Shown one piece after another: positions 45,504 to 57,681 of a stretch of 64,000 bases of DNA. Origin of the DNA: Adineta vaga (taxonomy: Eukaryota > Animalia > Rotifera); NCBI GenBank assembly GCA_021613535.1, contig CP075492.1, positions 7,378,001 through 7,442,000 on the forward strand, written 5' to 3'. How positions within the stretch are numbered: position 1 is the first letter of the stretch; each line of letters opens with the position of its first letter. The notes beneath the pieces are model-generated. The model made no database searches, was not told the origin of the DNA, and saw only the letters and a list, made by a program, of their open reading frames with translations. A program made the position numbers and the translations under genes.

Positions 45504-48003
45504 ATGGGTGAACCAACTGCATCTAATGTTGTTATTGAACCATTGGAAACTATTGATAATGAAACAATTCAATTGAATGTTAAATATGAAAATTCACATC
45601 AATCAGGAATTCAAACATTAAAATGTCTCGATGCTATGCGTAAAGAACGACAATTATGTGATGTTATATTAACAGTTGAAGGTCATGAATTATTTGCACA
45701 TCGAGCTTTATTATCTTGTCATTCGAATTATTTTTTTGAACTTTTCCTCAACGATGAAATTGATCCATCATCAAAAAAGCAACTTTATTATCAAGTTGAT
45801 GGTGTTGACTATTCAGTATTAAAATTAATCATTCAATTTATCTATCAAGGAAGGTTAGTCAACGATCTAATCATCTTTATTTTCTTTAACAAAGACAATA
45901 TGATTCTATTTTATAGTTTTCAATTAACATCAGATATGTTACCAACAGTTTATTTTGCTGCACATCAATTACGGATAGAAGCAATTGTCAAAGCTTGTTC
46001 GAATTATCTTAGTGAACAATTGACAATACATACTTGTTTGAGTAAGTCAATATTGAAACGAAAAGTTTCTCAATTATCGAAATCGAAAACATTCTAGGTA
46101 CACGACTATTAGCAATGGATGATGATCTTCGTACAAAAGCAACGGAATGTATTCAGAATAATTTCTTTGCTATTCTTGAGACACGTGAATTTCATGCATT
46201 ACCATCTGTTAAATTGGAATTAGTTGGTAAGATTCAATGAATGATTTAATTAGTTGAATAATATCAAAAAAATAGATTTCACCCTGTCTAGTATACAGAT
46301 CATGTGTGATCTTATATTAAATTGGATTATTCAACGACTTCGAAAAGATAGTACTCTTCAAGAAATTGGTGAATATGTATGTACAATTTGAAGAAAAAAA
46401 CTCGAAAAGATATTTTAGAAAAAGTTTATTTTAGATGCATCTTCTTTATTTAAATGACGATAAAACTCTTCATGATTGTATGGATATGGAAGAGAATAAT
46501 GTTTACTATTCTGATTCGGTCAAAGTAATTGATTTTCATTTGATTATTTTTCGTGTCATCGATTTTTATCTTTAGGATTATCAAAGTTATAAATCAACCA
46601 AAAGAACTGCATCCGTATCATCTACATCAAGTAATCCAAGTGAAAATTCAATATTTGAAACACCCAACTTACAATTAATTAATAATCTTTTATCACCACA
46701 AATTCCAAACAATTCGCCTATACTCGAAACCAAATGTGTTCATATTGGTCAATCAACCGGTTTGTTATTATCATTAATTATCGAAATCTTTGTGTTTAAA
46801 ATCGATTTTTATAGAACATAGCTACATTGCTCTTGCTATTATCAAGGGAAAACTGTTAAGTATAGCTATTCATATACCTCCTGTATCATCATCAATAACA
46901 AATACAGTAGAAATCGATAGTATTTCTAATGGAGATAGAAATGGTATTGATGATTATCATGGCATTAATGGTACGATTTTAATGACGGAGAAGGATATTT
47001 CTTTAGCATCGCTGTCAGTAGCACGATGTGGTTTTGGAAGTGTTGCAACAAATGATTACATATTTGTTATTGGTATGTTTTCATCAATTAAATCACATAT
47101 GTAGTTGAATGAAAGCTTAATTTTTTAGGTGGATACGATCGTGGTGATTGTCTTGATACTATTGAACAATATGATCCAATCGGAGATAAATGGACATTAT
47201 TACCAAATCTAATGATAAGTCGACGTGGTCGTGTTTCAGCTGCCATACTTCATGATAAAATCTATGTTTGTGGTGGTAGTGATGGACAAAAAGAATTGAA
47301 TAGTGGTGAATATCTTGATTTACGTTCGATGGAAAAATGGTCATCAATTAAAGATCTAGACACACCTGTTGCACATGGTGGTAAGGAATATCGAACATAG
47401 ATCTTTTCATTCTTTCTAAAAAATAAGAATCTTTTAGCGATGTGTAGCGATGATTCTTCATACGTGTATTTAATTGGTGGATGTGAAGGTGATAAGTGTA
47501 AAAAGAGTTGTTATCAATACAATCCAGAAACAAATGAATGGTTCACATTAAGTGCAATGAATTATGAACGAAGTCAACCAGCTGTCGTACATTTTAATGG
47601 TAAACTGTATGTGTTTGGTGGTTATCAATTAAATGGATGCTTATCATCGTGTGAAATATTAGATTTGACGACAAATGAATGGACTTTGGGACCCACTATG
47701 CATGAAAGTCGTCGTGGATGTGGTGCTATTGTATATCAAAATAAAATTTTTATTATCGGTGGTTCAAATGGTGTAACATCTTTGACATCAACTGAAATAT
47801 TTGATCCCATGACAAATGAATGGGTACACAGTATCAACGGAAATTGTTATGAATTACAAACACCACGTGTTGGTGTTGGTATAACTGTTTGTCAAGGCAA
47901 ACTTTATGCTATAGGTGGTTTTGATGGAAGAAGTTTTCTTAAGTCAAGTGAAGTTTATGATGAGAATGATCACCGATGGAAGTTAAGTCAAAATAAGAAT
48001 TAA
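45504..48003 (+). CDS. IVNS1ABP: BTB-BACK-Kelch protein, IVNS1ABP/NS1-BP-like
   Basis: BTB LCDVIL...AHRALLSCHSNYF. Kelch repeats GGYDRGDCLDTIEQYDP, VCGGSDGQ, IGGFDGRSFL. Many short introns. Confidence 0.8.
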
Positions 48004-48384
48004 TCAAATACACAGAATTCTAGAATAGCAATGTCGTTTTTTGTTTTACCTTTGTTTGTTTTTTGTTATCATTGCAATTATTATTGATTCCTCGGTGTCT
48101 GATCTTGATGAATTTTTTCTGCTTGTGTTTGTTTTTTTTATATATATTTCCATTTGTTAAAAAGCCAATGATACGTCGATTTTGGTTTAAATTTAATCAC
48201 GCGTTTTTTGTTTGTTTTTGGATATCATACAATCAAATATAGAATGTTTATTTCGTTAATATATATTTTTCTTTTATTTGAAGTTTCTATATTGCCTTTT
48301 ATTTTCTTATCAAACTTCGATCAGCGTGTAGTAGTAGTAGCAATCTTCATTATTACGACATTTTATGAGCCGCCTTTAAGAGAG

Positions 48385-48618
48385 GATCTATGAGCCCATC
48401 GAGTATTCGAGGCACTCGTCATTCTTGATTGTATGTTCACATTTTGTTCAGCTTTCGATGCTTTGTCTTTTGGTATATTATACTAAAAATTCCATCAAGC
48501 TCTTACTACCTAAATTGGATTTGAGGGTTTTCTATGGTGCTGAACCAAATGAGAGCATAAAATAAAAATAAAAATAAAAATTGCCGAGTGCCTCGAATAC
48601 TCGATGGGCTCATGGATC
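48385..48618. mobile_element. MITE with long near-perfect TIRs, downstream/3'-UTR of the kelch gene
   Basis: Perfect 29-bp inverted repeat atgagcccatcgagtattcgaggcactcg (48390-48418) / cgagtgcctcgaatactcgatgggctcat (48585-48613), extendable with mismatches. Confidence 0.85.
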
Positions 48619-49500
48619 ATCTTTCAAATGATTCTATAAAAGTTGTCACTGGTTTTGTATATTGTTCCTAAATATAAATAAATATATAAAAAAGAAGAAA
48701 ATATTCTCAAATCAATAGTATTTATAAATTTTATAACGAATGTGGCAATATCGCTGCTACACTCCATTAGATTAAACTTCATTCAGTAGGCAACTATTTT
48801 ATTATCATCATTGATACGGTAAATTGTTTGTTGTTTGTTCTTCGTCTTCTTCTTTTTCAATGAAAAAAATGTTGAACAATTTTAAGAGAAAATAAATTTA
48901 GGGACAAATGCTTCCTTTTTTTTCTTTTCCAGTACAATTAACCAAAATCGAAATAATATGAATAGTTATACAACAAATGAGATGGTCAAAGATTGTTCAT
49001 CATCGAATAATGAACTTGTTAAAACATCAGATAATCATGCAAAATTCTTATAAGAAAATTGAAATGTGATTTTAACTAACTGATTTTTGTGTTGTCGAGA
49101 ACTGATGTCTAAAGATTCCACTTTGTTCTTATTCTTTTTCGTTATATTGGTTATTCATTTGATTCTATTCATTTAAAATAGTTATCTATTCGTTCTATTT
49201 CTCTTCTTGGCTTGAAATCATATTCATGCTTTCTTTACCCTAGAATAATCGAAAAAGTTTTCTTCATTCTTTTAATATTTTCTGTTTTATTTAATTGAAT
49301 GTCAAGCATTAACTTTGAGTATGAAGCCGATAACAATCCAGTTCGCTTGAGAATAAACTTGTGAAACTTTTCTTTTCAATTTCCTTGAAGAACTTTATAT
49401 ATTCGAATATGTAAAACCAATGGAGAATCAATTTTGTCTAAATTTAATCGTACATAATTTTCCTTCGATATTAAACAATTTAAAATACAATGTAGTTATT

Positions 49501-49833
49501 TTAGTAATGTTCATCAAGTTTCATTTCATTAAAAGTTTCAAGCGCTTGATTTAATTCTTGAGTATCTAATTGAAGAATATTCGATTGAAAAAGTAGTTGT
49601 TGAGAAATATGTTCGATTTTATTGATATGTTCTTGTGTTGAAGAAAGTTGTTGATCACAATTAGCAAATTGTTTTAATGTAGATGTTAAATGATCATTTG
49701 TATGCGAGTTTTTAACAATAGATTTAACAAGAGTAGCTAAACCATTGATAGATGATTGAGCTTTGGAACAAACACTAGCTTTAGCATCATCATTTGAAAA
49801 TGATATTGGTAAACCAGATACGGGTGTTGTCAT
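49501..49833 (-). CDS. BORCS7: BLOC-1-related complex subunit 7-like
   Basis: 110-aa helical protein. Pattern LATLVKSIVKNS.TNDHL...KQFA..DQQLSST...INKI..ISQQL.FQ resembles BORCS7 (by-eye recognition). Confidence 0.6.
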   Translation of the reverse strand: MTTPVSGLPISFSNDDAKASVCSKAQSSINGLATLVKSIVKNSHTNDHLTSTLKQFANCDQQLSSTQEHINKIEHISQQLLFQSNILQLDTQELNQALETFNEMKLDEHY

Positions 49834-50583
49834 TATTTAGTGAAGTGATGAAGTGAATTTGTGTTTGTCTGTCTATCGAAGAAGAATCGTGTGTGAGTCG
49901 ACAGGAAACTTAGCAAATCAGAAATGATCTTGGGAACGAGAATGTTTATTAGCGCCTCTACCGTATGAAGAAAAGATTATGTGCAAAAGTTTCGGATACA
50001 ATCACTTAATGGTTTTAGTTGTGATCGAACGACGGAAATGATTTCTATTATTTTCTTATTCGATTTGTACGGTTTATCGGATAATTATAAGTCTAAATAG
50101 AGTTTTTCGTCATTTAGATGGTTTCGTAATTCATTAAAGATTTTTTCAACATCAAACCTTTTTTGCTTTTAAAATATTCAGAAAAGTACTCTCTGTATAT
50201 CGATGGGTAAAGAAGTATATTTCTAATGACTATGACATAGTAAAGAAAGAGAGTAAATTCAATATATTTGATTAGCTTATTTTTTATCTTGCTTTCTCTC
50301 TTCCTTGTCACTTGTGGAAATTACTAGAGAAGAAGAAAAAAAACGATAAACATATAAACCTGGTAAAGAACGAATAAGAGAGGGAGAGAAAAACGATAGA
50401 TTGGTTTTGGAAAATGTTGAGAAATATGCTTGTCGTTGTGTCAGATTGCCAATTCTAACAACACAAATCTACGATCTTTTCAGTTGAAGACAACGATATA
50501 TCTCTATTTCAATTCACATTACGGTTATCGATGCTCATAGACATCGTTTGAATCCGTCCGATGCCGTCGTTTATTTTTCCATT

Positions 50584-52776
50584 ATGTTTTCTCATTACCA
50601 ACATATCCGACTTTTTCTTATGATTCAACTACTATGTACATTCATCGTTGATCGGTATGTTTAAACTTGAATCCTTATATTCATCTGGCTATTCTTTTTT
50701 CTCATAATCATTCGAATACATTGTGGTCAATTCGTATGGATTATTTGAAATGTTCTATATTGAGTCAGTCCTTATTCTTATCATGTTCGAGTCAATCACG
50801 AAAGGATTGTATCTGATGTGAGAGGAAAATCTATCAAGTAACAGAATAAAAACTAAATTGAATAACCCTCAGGCATTACATGTTTGCTCGCATGATCAAA
50901 TGTTTATTGGATCAAATCTTCTTTCCTGTATAGTAATAAGAAAATAAGAATACGACTAACTAGTGATACCATCATCATTAAATGTACAACCTTAACAATT
51001 GATTTTCACAAATAAAAGAAATATACAAAAATTTCTACTGAAAACTAGTGTATAGAATGGCTGATATAGGCAATCAGTTTGATCTCTTATTTGAGTTGTT
51101 GCATTTTTCATTAATAGAAGTTCACAACGAATGACTGCTGTTCGTTTACAAGATGCTTCGATAGCTATTGATGATTTGTTAAAAGAATATGATATTCGTT
51201 TACGACCTTCATTTGGAGGTGAGTATCTTTTATTCTATCTTTTGAATTCTGAAACAAATAATTATTTTAGGTGAACCACTTTCTTTGGATATTGAAATAC
51301 GTCTAGCAAGTTTTGATAGTATATCTGAAGTCAATATGGACTATACATTAACACTTTATTTAAATCAATATTGGCGTGATGATCGTCTTGTATTTGGTAA
51401 TACAAGTGAAGAAATAACTTTAACTGGCGAAATAATCGATAAATTCTGGTTACCTGATACATTCTTTCCCAATGATAAAAGTGCTTATTTACATGATGTG
51501 ACAGAGAAAAATAAAATGATACGTATTAATGGTAATGGAGATATTCTCTATGGAATGAGATTTACCAGTACATTAGCATGTACGATGGATCTACGACGAT
51601 ATCCACTCGATCGACAAAATTGTACAGTTGAAGTCGAATCTTATGGATATACACAAGAAGATATAAATATGCGTTGGAAAAGTGGTCGTACATCAATTTT
51701 AGGTCTTGATAAAGTTAATCTACCACAATTTACGATTTTGGATTATGATACAATATCACATAGTATATTACTAGCAACAGGTAAAGAAAAATATCTTTTA
51801 TCTATAATTAAAGCATCTTAAAACTTTGATAGTATTGATTTTGATACATCTTTCAAAAAAAAAAAAATTCTGTTTCTAGGCACTTATAAACGTCTTTCGT
51901 TAAGTTTTGTTCTTCAACGAAATATTGGTTATTTTCTATTTCAAACTTATCTTCCATCATTTCTTATTGTAATGCTATCTTGGGTTAGTTTTTGGATAAA
52001 TCATGAAGCAACTAGTGCTCGTGTAGCATTAGGTAAGGAAATATTCTAATCAATAAATATATATATATATATATTTTTCGACTCTTCATTCAAAGGTATT
52101 ACAACTGTTTTAACAATGACAACTATCTCTACTGGTGTTCGATCATCATTACCACGCATCTCCTATGTTAAAGCTATTGATATTTATTTAGTAACATGTT
52201 TTGTCTTTGTATTTGCTGCACTTTTGGAATATGCAGCTGTTAATTATCTCTATTGGGGTAATCGAGCGAAAAAACGTAAAGCAGCAAATCAAATTCCAAA
52301 GATGAAAAAAGACGTTCATGTATGTTAAATCTATTATCGAAACATTTCTTAATATTATGAAAAATTCTTTTTAGAATGATTACGAATTAGATGAAATCGC
52401 AATCAATCGTGCTTCGCCTATTATTGGTTTACCTGCTAATCGTCGGAGGAAAAGAACAACAACAACAACAACATTCGATGAACATTATCAAAGTAATCAT
52501 ACGATTGTGACACAGCTTCCACGTCTGCGACCATTAGTGAAAGGAAATCCAGCAATAAATCCATCGACATATACTCGACATTCACGACCACAACGAACAC
52601 GTCATTTGTTAAATTATCTTCGGACTCGTACAACACATATACGTCATTCAGTTTTACACGTAAATGATGTGAATGATATCGATAGATGGTCACGTCTTTG
52701 TTTTCCCGTTTTTTTTTTATTATTCAATGCATGCTATTGGCCTTTTTACATTGTTCGACCACAAAAATTAGGTTGA
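50584..52776 (+). CDS. LCCH3: Cys-loop anion channel, GABA-A receptor beta/LCCH3 subunit
   Basis: [25 protein letters not shown], Cys-loop [16 protein letters not shown]2 [28 protein letters not shown]4 [11 protein letters not shown]. Confidence 0.92.
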
Positions 52777-53159
52777 AGAAATTTGAAACAATGATATCAA
52801 GAATATTTATTAATTATATTTTACATATAAATTGATGTCTTGGTTTTTTTTAATGTATTATGAAAGTAAAAATAGATTCTTTATTGACTGTTCCAAGTTA
52901 TTGCTAAAGAAATAATATAAGTCGAAGACTTTCAAATCAGAGAGTGAGAGAGCGTTTATCGTCGTTGATTTCTTTTTCTTTTGGTTTGATCGATCTTTCT
53001 CTGAAGGATCATTCGAAAAATCTGATTGTGATCAAAGAGAAACATTCATTTAATTACTCTCCATGGAGTTTTTAATGATAGATCATTATCATCAGTCTTC
53101 AACACTGTATATAAGTATAGAAGAAAATCATCGAACGATTGTCAATAAACAAGTCAAAG

Positions 53160-54044
53160 ATGAATGTTAGAAAAGATATTGTTTCTCTTCTGATCAATAT
53201 TGTCGTGATTATGATACGTTTTGATCGTCTAAATGGTAAGTATTGACGATCATGTGAAATCAAATGTTTAGAACTATTGCTGCTGTTAATTATAGGAGAA
53301 TTAAATGAATGTTTTCGTCAAGAATATTCACCGCTATGTATTTGTCATTCAACATCCAGTGATCTCTTTCTTTCTATACTATCACTATCTCAATGTAACA
53401 ATTCTCTATCTGTTCATCATTGTCATCAAGGTCATTTTCATCCACCCTTATTCCATCTTACTCAACTCATACCACAACTTGCTAATCATTCACATTGTCT
53501 TCAAAGTTTACATTGTCTACATTCTCTACCTATGTCACAACATTGCAATCAATGTTATCTCACTTCATCATTATTATCATCATTGAATCATTCTTTTCGA
53601 GCAAATTATCTTTCAATGAATACATGTTTTTATCTTTGTCAATATGATACATCATGTGGTTTTCTTTGTCTTAATGAGCATATCACCGAATCAGTAATAT
53701 GTCATCAGTGTCAAAAACCAAGACATAATATTGCTTGCTAGTAAATCAAATCTTTCTATTGTAAAACGATCTTTCTTTCTCATACTTTTAGTTGTATCAA
53801 AACAGAACCATTGTCATCATGTTTTTCAGTAGCTTATAAAAAGACTACTGAACAATGGATGGAGAAACATGGTTTGCCTGCAGCTGGTTATCTTCTTTTA
53901 ATTATTCTGTCCATTATTCCTTTAGTCATCGTAGTTAAACTTGTCTATTATCAATGTGATCGTTATCAAAATGGATCAATTGATCATTCAATACATGTAC
54001 ATTCAAATCGACAACTGTCCTATGGATCGTCTACTGCAGTCTAA
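53160..54044 (+). CDS. Orphan Cys/His-rich type I membrane protein (3 exons)
   Basis: Signal-like exon MNVRKDIVSLLINIVVIMIRFDRLN|gtaag, an ectodomain with many CxxC/CxxxC motifs and His, a TM segment GYLLLIILSIIPLVIVV, and C-terminal STAV (PDZ-ligand-like). Confidence 0.65.
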
Positions 54045-54104
54045 AATTTATGTACTACGAAATGAATATTTTATTGAAAAATGAAAAGAAAAATTATCCG
54101 AAGT

Positions 54105-55542
54105 TTAATCTTCGTTTGTGTCTATATCGTTTTCTTCGTTTTCAGCGTCGGTAGCATTTGGTTGTGCTTCAGGAATCACTGGTTGAGTAGCAACAATCTT
54201 AGCTTGAGCTTGAGATAATGTATCAGAACGATAAACTTTTTCACGAATCCATGGTTGAGAGAAGGCTTGATGAACAGTCAGACGATCACGAACATTTACT
54301 TTCAAAAGTTTAGCAACGAAACTCTAATAAAATAATTTAATCAACTAAAAAAAATTCTGTAAATCAATTATAACATACTCTGCCATTTGCTGATATATGT
54401 TCCCATTCAGGTGAATCATAATCTATGATTCCTTTAAGAATTTTTTGAAATATTTGTTTTTGTGTACCATGAAATGGATATGTACCCGAAAGACTAAAAA
54501 AATCAGTTAAATTCATATCGATAATTATCAAATCTTACCAGAAATAAATCAATATACCCAATTGCCACATATCCGATGATGCGCTATATGGTTCACCACG
54601 TAAAATTTCAGGAGCTAAAACGAACAAGACAAAAGTCAACTTTCAAATTCAATCATTCCTTTCATACCACAAAAACTTGGTGTAGCATTAACAAGAAGAT
54701 TGATCGCATCACGTGTACATATATTTGCATACGCATAATCAACCAGACACAATTTCGATTCATTATCAATTTCACGAATAATGATATTTTCACCATGAAG
54801 TTTTCCATGATAGACTTTATGTTCATGTAGATACTATTTGAAATAGAATCTACTTAAATCATCGATCGTTTTTCTTGCTTTTACCTCAAGTCCTTTCAAT
54901 ATTTGTAAAGAATATTTTGATACATCATGTTCTGTATAAGTTTCCGTTCGAGCAATTCTAAAATGTACTTATCGAAGAATTATTGAAATAACTATTTTCT
55001 TTTGCCATACTTTTGAAAAAGATTTGGTCCATCGATATAATCTTGAACAATATAAATATGTGTTTGTGATTCAAGAATTTCTCGAAGAACAACCTTGAAC
55101 AAACAGAAAATGATTTATCGATCTATTGATAAAGATCTCTTACCAAATTTGGATGATCAAGTTGTAGAACATGTGAAGCATTTTTAAGCGGAGTTTTTCG
55201 ATTTCCCTAGTAGAAGTCAATATTCAACTAAATTAATTCGTATCTTTTCTAATTACTTACACGTTTTGGAATACATTTTACTGCTCTAAGTGTTTGTCGA
55301 TTTTTCAAACGACATTTATATACATCAGCAAATTCTCCACTACATAGAATTAAAAGAACACACACTAATCTTCATTTGATTCAAACAGTTTCTTACTGAT
55401 TAATTAAACCATCTAAATCATATTGATCTTCGAATTTTTCTACTAAGATACTTCCGCCGATCCAACGTGTTTGTTCTGTTGGTAAATTTTCATTTATTTC
55501 CTGCTGCTGTTGCAGTTGTTGTTCTGCTTCTTCTTCTGCCAT
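54105..55542 (-). CDS. CaMK-group kinase-like protein, predicted pseudokinase
   Basis: Many short exons: GEFADVY, RAVKCI, LDHPNL, YLHEHKVYHGKLHGENII, VDYAYA, APEILRGEPY...DMWQLG, LSGTYPF, EWEHIS, LLKVNVRDRLTVHQAFSQPW. Confidence 0.85.
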
Positions 55543-56228
55543 GATGGTGAGTGAATGTACACCTTGACAATAGCAAACGTAAAAAGTGTAGTGAAAGCAA
55601 GAAAATGTTATTCTATGATTTAAAAAGTAAGAGAAAAATAGAAAACATCGATCGTCAATAGAAGAAGTCGAAAAAAAAAGAATTCTTTAGTTACGCGACT
55701 ATCGTGAAGAAGAAAAAGAATTGAGAAGTGTTGTTGTTCTTTGTTACACGAATCAAAGATTCTTTTTCTATATCGAATAGTTAAACAATAATTTCATTGA
55801 TAAATATTTAACTTTAATAAACACTTCTGTTTGAGTGTTCAATGTAATTAACTCTAAAACGTCATTGTATTTTCAACTTTATTTATGAAGTGAGCTCTTA
55901 CAATAGTCAATTATGTAAATTAATTAATTGTATTGATAACAATCAAGAACGTCCTTTGAAAAAAAGAAGATGTCCTTTTTATAAGTACATAAACAATAAT
56001 TGACAAAAATATACTATTTGTAGTTAGATCAATCTGATATGTATCTTTTGTATTGACTTGATTGGAAATCTTTCTATTAGCAACGTTTTCATATAAAAGA
56101 AAAACACAAATAAATACAAGAGAATCAGTAGCGGAAAGAGAGAAAAAAAACATTCATTAGAAGTATAGAAACAGAATGGTTGAATTAAAGCGAAAGCACC
56201 AATATTAATTGGAATGTAAAGAATAGTT

Positions 56229-57370
56229 CTACCATCGAACTTGTCCACGATATTCTTCTTTTAATGATACACGTTTAACTGTTTCATAACCAAATATAAT
56301 AAATAATGAATATATACAAGAATGTGAGAGACGTGCTGTTAAACCTTTAGTAAATACACCAAAACGTTCTTCTTGCCATAATTCATACAAAATTTGCATT
56401 ACTCGTCGACGTTCTTGTTCGACTTGAATACGAGTACGACATACATCTAACGGATTCGTCAGCATTGTCGATGTAAGTGATGATAATGGACCAGCAATAC
56501 ATTGAATGGCAAGTAATGGTAATGGAAATACAGAAGCTAAAGAAAACAAAAAAAGAATGTCAAAATATAATTTGCTTCTATCAAAATGAATTTACGAAAG
56601 ATTTTTTCAATTTTAAGCATTTGTCTTTGATAAAAATAATACGATGGCCACCAGATCGCACTTGTTAAACTAAATAAAAACGTTGAGATCGTATAACCAC
56701 GATAGAAACCTTTGAAACTAATTCGTGGTTTTGTATCTTGATCTGTCGTTTGATTATATAATAATGTTCGACAAATATGTTTAAATATTAGATAATTATT
56801 TGCACGAATTTCTTTCGGTACATGTATACGTTGAATTTGTCGTTGTTGACGACGATTTACTGATGATTGAGATAGTGTCGTGTCAGAAACAGATGATATG
56901 CCATGTTTTGTTCGAGTTTTTCTACCTGGAGATGTTAATCCAACTAATTGCATATGTTGAGAAACAATATCAATAGGACATGCAAGAACTTGAGAAAATA
57001 GGGACGCTATTGTACCACCTATAGCAGCACGAATATATTCATTGGTGGTGAAAATATTTGCACGAGCACGTGTTGCTTCAAATGTTGTGATATAGATTAA
57101 ACCAGGTATCAATTGACAATTATAAACAAGAAAACCTTTGTACAATGATCGAAAACCTTCGTAACGAACGGTTGTATGTAAGGCATGCCATGTACCTTTG
57201 TAGATTGTTGATTGAATTTGAACTTGTAAACGTGTACGTACAAGAGTAAATGGATAGAGAAATGAACGAACGATAAACGTTGATAGAAGATTTAATGGAA
57301 CATAACGTTTTTTATCGAGCATAGGCCAATCAATATCATGCGTGAGACTTGGTTCACCACTTTCAGACAT
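56229..57370 (-). CDS. SLC25A44: Mitochondrial carrier SLC25A44 (2 exons)
   Basis: IDWPMLDKKRY start. Three PxDxxxxR-type motifs (YPFTLVRTR, CPIDIVSQH, NPLDVCRTR), SAIWWPSY, and the end GYETVKRVSLKEEYRGQVRW. Confidence 0.93.
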
Positions 57371-57681
57371 GAAATACTTAAAAATAAAGAAGATATTATT
57401 TTGTTTAGTAGTATTGATGAAACGTCATACGAAGAAAAAAGAATCTATTTTTAGTTATATATATATATATGTATAAACAAACAAGAAGAACTAATGCAAA
57501 CGAAACTTTAGAACAATGAATACAATTATCTTAATTTTGGTTTTTTTGTTTAACAGAAAGTATCAAAAAAGAAAGATATTTTGCGTTTGACATACGGCAA
57601 ATAAACAAAAACAAAGTAAACGAACAAAAGAAAACAGAATTCTTCCTACGAAAATATCAAACATGTGCACTCAAAAATTTT

